A DNA stretch of 64,000 nt from Minisyncoccota bacterium (lineage in GTDB: Bacteria; Patescibacteriota; Minisyncoccia; Phycocordibacterales; UBA9973): NCBI GenBank assembly GCA_041663005.1, contig JBAZRK010000002.1:205402-269401 (forward strand), in the 5' to 3' direction. This document shows positions 18,391 through 26,869 of the stretch, one piece after another. A program made the translations under genes and the position numbers. Under the pieces are notes generated by a model. The model searched no databases, was not told where the DNA came from, and saw only the letters and a program-made list of their open reading frames with translations. Positions within the stretch are counted from its first letter, which is position 1; every line of letters begins with the position of its first letter.

Positions 18391-19157
18391 TTGTCTAGCC
18401 TTTTAGCTTCTGCCAGGGCTAATTTAAATACACTTCTTAGTGTTGTGGCTATTTCTTTGGATTCGATTATGACTCCCAATTTTTCTTTCCAAGAGGCAAT
18501 CATTACTTTGTCGTTATAAATTTCTATGTCTGTGGGCACGGGGAACTTATCTCCCGGCACAAGTGAAGTGTCGCGGTATTCTATTGCGTCCCTTGATTTT
18601 CTTTTGCGGGCGAGGGGAGTGTCAGCGACGAAAGTATGCACGAATATTTTTTTCTTGGCGCGGCGTTCATAGTATGTCTCAAAATATTTCGGTAAAGTCT
18701 CATGCATTTCTTCATACGTGGAAGTGGAATAAATATCTCCCTTAGACGTGAGGGAGTCTTCGTACACATGCTCTAATCCCGCAAACCCTTCATAGAAAAA
18801 TACGCGAGGCCTGTCACCCACATTATAGAGTGAAGTAAGCTCGGGTAAAACTTCTTTGGCAGTATCGGCGAGCGTTTTTTGTTTTTTAGCTTGCGCTTCA
18901 AGGTATTCCACCAAGTTGGCAGGGGACAGAGCGGCGTATTCTTCCTTCGGTTCTTTGCCGGAGATTTTTACGAGCTTTTTGCCGACTAGACTATCTAATA
19001 TGACATACCCGGTCGAGCGATTTATGCCCGCCTTCCTAGATATCTCAGCAACAGTACCTCGGCCCAGCTCTAATATGGTCAAATATATGGCTATTTCCTT
19101 GTCTAAAAAGCCACTATCTTTCAATAATTGCTCTATTTTTAACATTTGTTCCTTCAT
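18387..19157 (-). CDS. TrmB-family transcriptional regulator (N-terminal winged HTH)
   Basis: LTILELGRGTVAEISRKAGINRSTGYVILDSLVGKKLV is wHTH-like, with a C-terminal TrmB-like domain. Confidence 0.5.
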   Translation of the reverse strand: MKEQMLKIEQLLKDSGFLDKEIAIYLTILELGRGTVAEISRKAGINRSTGYVILDSLVGKKLVKISGKEPKEEYAALSPANLVEYLEAQAKKQKTLADTAKEVLPELTSLYNVGDRPRVFFYEGFAGLEHVYEDSLTSKGDIYSTSTYEEMHETLPKYFETYYERRAKKKIFVHTFVADTPLARKRKSRDAIEYRDTSLVPGDKFPVPTDIEIYNDKVMIASWKEKLGVIIESKEIATTLRSVFKLALAEAKRLDN

Positions 19158-19332
19158 ATATAAGCATTATATTTCAATACTTATTTTGTGTCAATAGAAA
19201 TTAACAAAATTCTGTGGATAACTTTTTAACCTTTCTAAATAAAGCTTAAAATAAATTAAATTGGTAAAATATATTGACAATCTCTAAAAGTGTGTTAGAT
19301 TCAAATTAAATCGTTATTTGAAAGGAGGGAGC

Positions 19333-19533
19333 ATGGATGCTCGAAAAGTTCAGCATCTAATCGGCAGACAAGTGTTGGTTGAGATGGCTAGTGGCGCACG
19401 CGGTAACGCAACACTAAAAGCGATCATTCCGCACTGTCTTGATCAGACCAAGTGGATTGCAGTATTCGGCAATGCTAAGGATTGGTATGTCGAAGGGGCT
19501 GAGATTACGTCTATCTTTGCTGTAACTAACTGA
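19333..19533 (+). CDS. small hypothetical protein (66 aa) in a GC-rich island
   Basis: Strong SD AAAGGAGGGAGC directly upstream of the ATG at 19333. GC3-rich codons unlike the neighbouring genes. Confidence 0.45.
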   Translation: MDARKVQHLIGRQVLVEMASGARGNATLKAIIPHCLDQTKWIAVFGNAKDWYVEGAEITSIFAVTN

Positions 19534-19550
19534 GAAGGAGAAAACTGATT

Positions 19551-20129
19551 ATGTTGTGGTATCTTGTGTTTTTCGTCCTCGGCGTCGCGGCAGCTCTCGT
19601 GTCGCCCGCTGGTTCCACTAAGGAGTCGCTTCAGGTGATCGAAGCCGTGTCGCTCACCGCACTCCTCGCATCTCTCTACGTGCCGTTCGCCGGCTTCGCC
19701 AAGAACGAGAAGTGGCAGAAGTTCGTCCTGCAGAATGTGGCGTGCGCGCTCTTCGGTGTCTATGCCGTAGTCGTGTACGAAGACGGCTCGTTCGCTGGCG
19801 TATTGGCCCTCGTGGTGGTCTCGTCTATGCACTTCGCGTACTGGACGAGCTCCATTCACAGTCGTAACTACCGACTCGAGCAGTTTCGGATGGGGTTCGC
19901 GCCGAGAATGCCCATGACCGCTCGATTCGTGGCGATGCTCAATGCTCAGGGGCGAGCGCACCAGGCTGACATCATCGTCTCTTGCACTCTCAGTGGCAAG
20001 ATGTTGCCCGGTTGGGATTTTGCGAGAGGACTCGAGCTTCCTCCCGGCTGCTGGTCCTGGATACACCTCGTCGACGCAGAGATGACGAACGTGTTCACGC
20101 CGCCGTCCGGCGCAGTTGATCATCCGTAG
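19551..20129 (+). CDS. hypothetical membrane protein (about 4 N-terminal TM helices plus a ~90-aa C-terminal domain) in a GC-rich island
   Basis: SD GAAGGAGAA 8 nt upstream. GC about 58-60% versus about 42% in flanking DNA. Hydrophobic N-terminus MLWYLVFFVLGVAAALV…. Confidence 0.45.
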   Translation: MLWYLVFFVLGVAAALVSPAGSTKESLQVIEAVSLTALLASLYVPFAGFAKNEKWQKFVLQNVACALFGVYAVVVYEDGSFAGVLALVVVSSMHFAYWTSSIHSRNYRLEQFRMGFAPRMPMTARFVAMLNAQGRAHQADIIVSCTLSGKMLPGWDFARGLELPPGCWSWIHLVDAEMTNVFTPPSGAVDHP

Positions 20130-20202
20130 TTTCACATCACGACCGCTTGAATGGGGAGGCCACCGGCCACACCTCGCAGGCGGTCTTCTCATTTCTACTC
20201 AA

Positions 20203-20772
20203 TTATTTTTCCAGCCACCTTTGGTATTCGGAGACGACGAGATCAACAACCTGCTCAAGGTTGTTTTTGTTTGTGTCTATGACTAAGTCGAAGTTGTTTT
20301 TGTCGGTATGGTTTTCGATGCCGTAGAGGTCTTTGTATCTTTTTTTCTCACTTAAAAGACGGGCGTCTATTTTCGCCTGGATTTCTTCCGGGGAAGAGGA
20401 GTCCTCGCTCTGCTTGCGAAGTGCATTTTCTTTTAAATTATTTAAAATTCTTTCCTTGGCGATTTCTGGAGGCAAATCCAAATACACTTTAAAAGATTCC
20501 GGTATCCAGTGGAATGCCAAGCGAGAGTCAATGACAATTTTTTCCATTTCTCCTGCCTTCCTCACTTCGGCATCAATGGCTAGGTCTATCGTGTCGTCTG
20601 CTTGGGCTTTAATGCTCAAGTCGTTTACTGTTATGCCCATATCTACCGCAAGCTTTCGCATAAAATCGCCCGAGGAGAAGCGCGTGAAGCCCAGCTTTTC
20701 TGCTACCAAGTCCGCCGTGCTCGACTTGCCAGAGCCTAATGTGCCCGTGATGGTGATGATTTCCTTCTTCAT
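20203..20772 (-). CDS. cmk: cytidylate kinase-like P-loop nucleoside monophosphate kinase
   Basis: N-terminal P-loop ITITGTLGSGKSS; about 190 aa NMP-kinase layout; lies beside adk and pyrH. Confidence 0.45.
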   Translation of the reverse strand: MKKEIITITGTLGSGKSSTADLVAEKLGFTRFSSGDFMRKLAVDMGITVNDLSIKAQADDTIDLAIDAEVRKAGEMEKIVIDSRLAFHWIPESFKVYLDLPPEIAKERILNNLKENALRKQSEDSSSPEEIQAKIDARLLSEKKRYKDLYGIENHTDKNNFDLVIDTNKNNLEQVVDLVVSEYQRWLEK

Positions 20773-20794
20773 AATTTATGCTATTATAACACAT

Positions 20795-21388
20795 ATGCAA
20801 CCGCAAACTTTCATATTTTTCGGCATAGTGGGCTCCGGCAAAGGCACCCAGGTGAAGCTCCTTATGGAGTACTTAAAAGGCAAAGATAGCGCCCCTTGTG
20901 TGTACATAGGAACAGGGGAAATTTTCCGTGCGATTGCGCATTCTACCGACCTGGACGAGAATGTGCGTATGGTGAAGGAACTTCTAGACGCTGGTCGCCT
21001 GATTCCTGATGAAATGACCAACCAGCTTGTGCTTCAGAAAATTGATACGGAATTGTCTGCCGAAAAGCATTGCCTTTTCGATGGATATCCACGGACCGTT
21101 TCTCAATCTGAAGTTTTCGAAGGAAAGATGAAGGAAATTGGGCGCGGAAACATAAAAATAATTTACCTAGAGCTTAGCAAAGAAGAGGCCACGAAAAGAA
21201 ATCTTCTGCGTGGGAGGCATGACGACACCGCTGAAGGCTTGGCGAAAAGATTTGATGAATACGTGAACAAAGTTGTGCCAGCTATGAATTATTTCAAGGG
21301 TAAGAACGGCTATACAATATATGCTATTAACGGCGAGCAGTCGGTCGAAGACGTGCACAGAGAGATACTAGAAAAGATTAATTTATAA
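20795..21388 (+). CDS. adk: adenylate kinase
   Basis: IFFGIVGSGKGTQ P-loop, LFDGYPRT, NMP-binding and LID regions. The track ORF 20333..21388 extends spuriously upstream across the divergent cmk-like gene. Confidence 0.85.
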   Translation: MQPQTFIFFGIVGSGKGTQVKLLMEYLKGKDSAPCVYIGTGEIFRAIAHSTDLDENVRMVKELLDAGRLIPDEMTNQLVLQKIDTELSAEKHCLFDGYPRTVSQSEVFEGKMKEIGRGNIKIIYLELSKEEATKRNLLRGRHDDTAEGLAKRFDEYVNKVVPAMNYFKGKNGYTIYAINGEQSVEDVHREILEKINL

Positions 21389-21390
21389 AT

Positions 21391-22074
21391 ATGCAAGATT
21401 CAATAATAATTTCATTAGGTGGTTCGCTCATAGTGCCCGAAGAGATAGACGTCGGGTTTTTGAAAGAGTTCAAGGCTTTAATACTTGAACACGTAGAGAA
21501 AGGTAAGAAGTTCGTAATCATTACCGGGGGAGGCAAGATAAACAAGCGCTACAATGATGCAGCCCGTTCGATTGCCGGCAATCCCACTGACGAAGATTTA
21601 GATTGGATAGGAATTGCGGCGCTTAAATTAAACGCCGAGCTCCTCCGAGTTATATTTGCGGACTACGCCAACAAGAAAGTGATGGACAATCCTTCAGAAA
21701 ATTTTACCTTCGAAAAATCTATTGTCATTGGCTCAGCCTATGAGCCAGGGAAAAGTTCTGACTGGGATGCTGTTCACGCTGCCAAGACAATCGGTGCGAA
21801 AAAGATAATAAATCTATCGAACACTGATTATGTTTATGATTCTGATCCGAAAATTAATCCTAACGCTCAAAAAATAGAATCCATTTCTTGGGCCGATTAC
21901 CGCAAAATAATTCCAGCAGAATGGACCTCACGACTTAATTCGCCATTTGACCCCATTGCTTCGAAGATGGCCCAAGAGCTCGGCATCGAGGTGGACATAC
22001 TAAACGGCAAGAACATAGAGAATCTTAAAAAATGCCTCTCTGGCGAGAATTTCTTGGGAACTAAAATAAAATGA
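21391..22074 (+). CDS. pyrH: UMP kinase (archaeal-type, amino-acid-kinase fold)
   Basis: IIISLGGSLIVPE N-terminal motif; 227 aa. Confidence 0.6.
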   Translation: MQDSIIISLGGSLIVPEEIDVGFLKEFKALILEHVEKGKKFVIITGGGKINKRYNDAARSIAGNPTDEDLDWIGIAALKLNAELLRVIFADYANKKVMDNPSENFTFEKSIVIGSAYEPGKSSDWDAVHAAKTIGAKKIINLSNTDYVYDSDPKINPNAQKIESISWADYRKIIPAEWTSRLNSPFDPIASKMAQELGIEVDILNGKNIENLKKCLSGENFLGTKIK

Positions 22075-22850
22075 TAACGATAAAAACTCCGGAAGAAATA
22101 AAAATAATCCGCGAATGCGGTCGGAGGTTGGCAACCGTGCTGTATAAGGTTAAAGATATGATAGCGCCGGGAATTTCAACCAAGGACCTAGACGTGTATG
22201 CGGAAAAGCTTATCCGAGATATGGGGGATGTCCCAGCTTTTTTAGGTTATCGACCGGAGGGCGCTCGCATTCCTTTTCCGGCGACACTTTGCGTTTCAGT
22301 TAATGATGAAGTGGTGCACGGTATTCCACGCAAAGATCGAATCTTAAAAGAGGGAGACATCGTGTCTATAGACCTTGGTGTTAAACACAAAGGCCTGTTT
22401 ACCGATATGGCGCTCACCGCGCCGGTGGGCCGGGTAAGCGATACAGATTCGAAATTAATGAAGCTCACCGAGCAAGCCCTGGAAGCCGGCATTTTCGCCG
22501 CGCGAGCGGGGAGTAGGGTTGGGGACATTGGCCATGCCATCGAGAGTTTCGTGCGGGGACAGAAAGGGCAGAAATATGGCATCGTGGAAGTTCTCGCCGG
22601 CCACGGCGTAGGACACAAAATTCATGAAGACCCTTTCGTGCCGAATTTTGGCCGAAAAGGTACAGGAGCGAAGCTAGTGCCGGGAATGATACTTGCCCTA
22701 GAGCCTATGCTTAATCTTGGAACTAAAGAAGTAACTATGGATGATGATGAATATACCTTCCGAACCGCTGACGGCAAAAGGAGCGCCCATTTTGAACATA
22801 CGATACTCATCACAGAAGGTGAACCTGAGATACTGACAAAAATTTCTTAA
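22071..22850 (+). CDS. map: methionine aminopeptidase type I
   Basis: IKTPEEIKIIRECGR, pita-bread fold metal ligands (D…D…H…E…E). Confidence 0.85.
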   Translation: MITIKTPEEIKIIRECGRRLATVLYKVKDMIAPGISTKDLDVYAEKLIRDMGDVPAFLGYRPEGARIPFPATLCVSVNDEVVHGIPRKDRILKEGDIVSIDLGVKHKGLFTDMALTAPVGRVSDTDSKLMKLTEQALEAGIFAARAGSRVGDIGHAIESFVRGQKGQKYGIVEVLAGHGVGHKIHEDPFVPNFGRKGTGAKLVPGMILALEPMLNLGTKEVTMDDDEYTFRTADGKRSAHFEHTILITEGEPEILTKIS

Positions 22851-22902
22851 AGTATACTTTAAAAATTTAGTTTTTTGTATTTTTTGTTATATAATTAAAC
22901 TA

Positions 22903-25668
22903 ATGAATCCCTCTTTTATAAAAGAGATGCCGAAATTCAAGACTCCAGAGGAGGAGCTGGATTATCTTCGTGCCCACGTTAAGAAGCGCGAAGAGGAACT
23001 TATAGAAATAGGACACACTGAACGCACTGCAGAGATGGCTACGCGCGAGGTTATGGGCGAATACAGAACGGTCCCGGTGGAGAAAGCCGTGCATAAAGAT
23101 AATGTTTTGAAAGAAGACGAAACCGAAGGCATTGTGCTTAAACTTAAACCTGAACCGCATGATACCGTGATGGAAGAGCTTTTGGGGATTGTGATTACTA
23201 AAGGAATCCGAAATGCGCTTTCTGTAGTTGAGGCAATGGGCAATCCGCATATCGATGACGACTTTCATCGTTTACTCATTCAATATTTCAAAACTGGGCA
23301 AATCACTGGGTTTAAAGAAGGTACTCCGATGTATCGGTCTCTTAATATGACTCTTTTTGAAATAACTTTGCCGCCGCCACAAGACGAAGCCGACAAGTCG
23401 AAGGGCTTTAAAGAATTTATCGGGGCCATGGAGCAGTTTTATGCCGGTATGCAGTCTATCTCCGAAGGCAAGAGTAATGAGAAAGAAAATTATTTCACCA
23501 TAGAGGTGGCGCTTGGCAATCAAAGCGATGAAGTGGTGATATATGCCGCTGTGCCCAATAAATATTTGTCTCTTTTTGAAAAACAAATCCTGGCTTTCTA
23601 TCACGATGCGAAAATCCGAGAGGTAACCGACGACTACAACATTTTCAACGAGCAGGGCGCCTCGACAGGGGCTTATGCTGTGTTCACTGAACGCCCAGTA
23701 ATGCCCATTAAGACCTATGACGAGATCGAGCACGACCCGATGAACCCTATTCTAAACGTTTTCTCCAAGCTACAGAAGAGCGGTGAAGGAGCGGCTATTC
23801 AATTCCTCATAGCTCCGGCGGGGGATAAATTTATCAATGAGTTTCATATGATTCTAGATGATGTCAAAGACGGCATTTCAGTTAAACATGCGGCAGACAA
23901 TTTCTATAAATGGCGTAGTGCTCTCAAGACTGCCGGCAAGGATCTCTTGTTTGGGCTGAAAGAAAAAAACGAAGAAGAAAAAAAGGAAAAGTATATGAAA
24001 GGCAGGCGCGCCGTGGATGAAGGTGCCGCAGAAAAAATAGGCAACAAAATAAAGAGCACCATAATGAAAGCGAATATCCGCGTGATTGCCTCCGGCGAAA
24101 CGAAAGAGCGCGCAGAAGCAATTCTTCGTGAAATAGAATCTTCCTTCAATCAATTTTCTGCCGCAGCTTCAAATTCTTTCATCTTCCAAGAGGCGAAGGG
24201 CGGCGACTTGAAAAAACTTTTCCACGATTTTTCTTACCGAGCTTTTGCACACGAAAAGATTCTCCCGATGAACTTGAAAGAACTTTCTTCCGTTTTCCAC
24301 TTCCCGGTAGGTATGGGTAGTCAGCCGCAACTCAAAGAAGCCAAGGCGGGCATTGCGCCAGCACCGATAGAAATGGGAACCGAAGGCATAGTCTTGGGCA
24401 TAAATAGCTACCGAGGCCGAGATACGGAAGTGCACTTAGCCCGAGAAGACAGGATGAGACATATGTATGTAATAGGGCAAACTGGAACCGGTAAGACGAA
24501 CATTATGCTCAATATGATTACTCAGGATATCCGTAACGGTGACGGGTGCTGCTACATTGACCCTCATGGCACAGATATCCAGACGATCCTCTCTAGAATT
24601 CCTAAGGAGCGCATTGACGATGTTATCTATTTCGATCCCGCCTATACTGCCCGTCCAATGGGACTCAACATGCTCGAATATGATCCAAAGTACCCTGAGC
24701 AGAAAACCTTCGTGGTGAACGAAATGATGGGAATTTTCAACAAACTTTTCGATATGAAAGTCGGAGGCGGAGCGATGTTCGAACAATATTTCCGAAACAG
24801 CGCCTTTCTCGTGATGGAAGACCCTTCTTCCGGTTCGACCCTCCTTGAGATTACTCGAGTGCTTGGTGACAAAGAATTTCGCGATTTGAAATTGTCCCGT
24901 TGCAAGAATCCAATCATAAAACAATTTTGGGTTTCGGCGGAGCAGACTACGGGTGACCAGTCGCTCGCAAACTTCGTGCCCTATATTTCTTCCAAATTCG
25001 ACAACTTTATTTCCAACGACATAATGCGTCCAGTGGTGCTTCAGCAGAACTCGGTTTTTAATTTTAGAAAAATTATGGACGAGAAGAAAATTCTCTTGGT
25101 CAATCTTTCGAAAGGTAGACTGGGCGACATCAATGCGAACCTCATAGGTCTCGTGCTTGTTGGCAAAATTCAAATGGCCGCACTGTCTCGTGTAGATATG
25201 TTCGGCAAGCCGATGAATGATTTCTATTTGTATATCGATGAGTTCCAGAACGTTACCACGGACTCTATCGCTTCAATTCTCTCAGAAGCGCGAAAGTATA
25301 GATTGTCTCTCAACATTGCCCACCAGTACATTACCCAGCTCGAAGAGAATATCAAGAATGCTGTTTTTGGTAACGTCGGCTCTATGGCGGTGTTCCGTGT
25401 GGGTACCGAAGACGCGACATTCCTCGAGCCGAAATTCAAACCGCAATTTACCGCGCACGACATTACTAAACTTGATAACTTTAATGCGTATATGAGCATG
25501 CTAGTGAAAGGTCAGCCTACCAAACCTTTCAACATCCGCACGCTAGCGCCCGAGACTGGAAATCCAGAAATAGTGGACAGCTTGAAAGAACTTTCATATG
25601 TTAAATACGGTCGTGATCGTGAAGAAGTGGAGAAGGAAATAATGTCGCGATACAATACGATGGAATAA
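22903..25668 (+). CDS. soluble P-loop ATPase with a TraD/TrwB/VirD4-like (type IV coupling protein-like) C-terminal half and a novel ~480-aa N-terminal domain
   Basis: Walker A HMYVIGQTGTGKT, DPHG motif (compare DPKG in coupling proteins), Walker B LYIDEFQNV, and ARKYRLSLNIAHQYITQL (compare RKxxxxxxxxxQSxxQL). No predicted TM helices. Confidence 0.5.
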   Translation: MNPSFIKEMPKFKTPEEELDYLRAHVKKREEELIEIGHTERTAEMATREVMGEYRTVPVEKAVHKDNVLKEDETEGIVLKLKPEPHDTVMEELLGIVITKGIRNALSVVEAMGNPHIDDDFHRLLIQYFKTGQITGFKEGTPMYRSLNMTLFEITLPPPQDEADKSKGFKEFIGAMEQFYAGMQSISEGKSNEKENYFTIEVALGNQSDEVVIYAAVPNKYLSLFEKQILAFYHDAKIREVTDDYNIFNEQGASTGAYAVFTERPVMPIKTYDEIEHDPMNPILNVFSKLQKSGEGAAIQFLIAPAGDKFINEFHMILDDVKDGISVKHAADNFYKWRSALKTAGKDLLFGLKEKNEEEKKEKYMKGRRAVDEGAAEKIGNKIKSTIMKANIRVIASGETKERAEAILREIESSFNQFSAAASNSFIFQEAKGGDLKKLFHDFSYRAFAHEKILPMNLKELSSVFHFPVGMGSQPQLKEAKAGIAPAPIEMGTEGIVLGINSYRGRDTEVHLAREDRMRHMYVIGQTGTGKTNIMLNMITQDIRNGDGCCYIDPHGTDIQTILSRIPKERIDDVIYFDPAYTARPMGLNMLEYDPKYPEQKTFVVNEMMGIFNKLFDMKVGGGAMFEQYFRNSAFLVMEDPSSGSTLLEITRVLGDKEFRDLKLSRCKNPIIKQFWVSAEQTTGDQSLANFVPYISSKFDNFISNDIMRPVVLQQNSVFNFRKIMDEKKILLVNLSKGRLGDINANLIGLVLVGKIQMAALSRVDMFGKPMNDFYLYIDEFQNVTTDSIASILSEARKYRLSLNIAHQYITQLEENIKNAVFGNVGSMAVFRVGTEDATFLEPKFKPQFTAHDITKLDNFNAYMSMLVKGQPTKPFNIRTLAPETGNPEIVDSLKELSYVKYGRDREEVEKEIMSRYNTME

Positions 25669-25713
25669 GTGTAATTTTGCAAACTCGGCTTTTTCTGGTA
25701 GAATAAGCTTATT

Positions 25714-26190
25714 ATGACAAGACCAAATAGTGAAAAATCTTTAATAATCATTAAGCCGGACGCTATTCAGAGGAACCTTACCGGGGAGGTGATAAGGCGA
25801 TTCGAGAATAAAGGGCTCAAGATTATCGGCCTCAAGATGATGAGCATCAAGGATGCAGTGTTAGATGAACATTATGCCCATATCAAAGATAAACCTTTCT
25901 TCCCGGGGATTAGGGATTTTATGAAATCTTGCCCGGTTATCGTTATGGCCGTGGAAGGAATTAATGCCATCTCCGCAATTCGCATAATTGTCGGGCCTAC
26001 GAAGGCCTGGGAGGCTGATGCAGGCACAATTCGGGGAGACTTTTCGCTCTCAACTCAATCGAACATCGTTCACGCTTCAGACTCTGTGGAAAACGGTGAG
26101 GTAGAGGTCAAAAGATTTTTCTCTTCTGATGAAATCTTTGAGTACAAAAAAATAGATACGGATTTCGTCTATGCGGAGCATAAGGAATAA
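25714..26190 (+). CDS. ndk: nucleoside diphosphate kinase
   Basis: IIKPDAIQRNL…HASDS motif with the active-site His. Confidence 0.9.
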   Translation: MTRPNSEKSLIIIKPDAIQRNLTGEVIRRFENKGLKIIGLKMMSIKDAVLDEHYAHIKDKPFFPGIRDFMKSCPVIVMAVEGINAISAIRIIVGPTKAWEADAGTIRGDFSLSTQSNIVHASDSVENGEVEVKRFFSSDEIFEYKKIDTDFVYAEHKE

Positions 26191-26463
26191 ATGTTCCAGC
26201 TTGTTTTTGTCTTAAAATTGTGTTTTTCTGAAAAAAATATTGCCAAAATTTTTTAAGAGAGTATAGTGAAAGTAGGGTTATTTCCGATTATTACCTAGAA
26301 CACTAATTTATGGGAGAGTCGATCGCGATTGGCCTTGGCCCTTCTCGTCTCTCACCCACTTAGCTTTTAAGCTACGGTAATATATCAGAGATAGTCCTAA
26401 GAAGAACTCCGCGCTGTGAATACAGTTGGCGGATTTTTTCTTGGAAATCCTGTATAATCATCA

Positions 26464-26869
26464 GATGGGTGGCAGAAAACTTCTTAAATTACTCAGTGTT
26501 CTTATTTTCGTTATATTTTTTATAAATTTTTCAGCGAACACATTCTACTGGTATTCTTCTATTGGGTATTTTGATACTATCGTTCATTATTTTGGGGGAG
26601 CATGGGTTGGATTTTTTACTTTATATTTATCCTCTGAAGAGTTACCGTCAGCTCGCTTGGTAATAAAAGTTCTTATCAGTGTTTTGTTGGTAGGAGTCTG
26701 CTGGGAAGCATATGAGCTGATAATAGATAAAGTTGTTAGCGGAAACTTCTTGAACCCCCTCGACACTGTTTCTGACCTCTTCTTCGATTTCGCGGGAGGT
26801 GCTAGCGCATTGTTGTATTATATTTATAAAATTATGTCTTTACGCACGAGTAAGGTACAATCTCAGTAA
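26464..26869 (+). CDS. hypothetical small membrane protein
   Basis: Track ORF 26426..26869. The ATG at 26464 follows an extended -10 TGTATAAT at about 26449, so the mRNA is probably leaderless. 3-4 TM helices. Confidence 0.4.

Noticed and set aside
19443-20192. 249-aa ORF on the minus strand spanning the GC-rich island
   Set aside because: It is arginine/proline-rich, as expected for an antisense reading of GC-rich DNA. It has no RBS, and the + strand ORFs carry strong SDs and coherent hydrophobicity patterns.
20333-20794. Upstream part of the track ORF 20333..21388 (351 aa)
   Set aside because: The upstream 154 codons run antisense through the cmk-like gene. Adenylate kinase homology begins at MQPQTFIFFGIVGSGKGTQ (ATG 20795).
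24436-25173. 245-aa minus-strand ORF inside the T4CP-like gene
   Set aside because: It lies antisense to a well-supported ATPase domain, with no motif or start signal; it is a typical shadow ORF.
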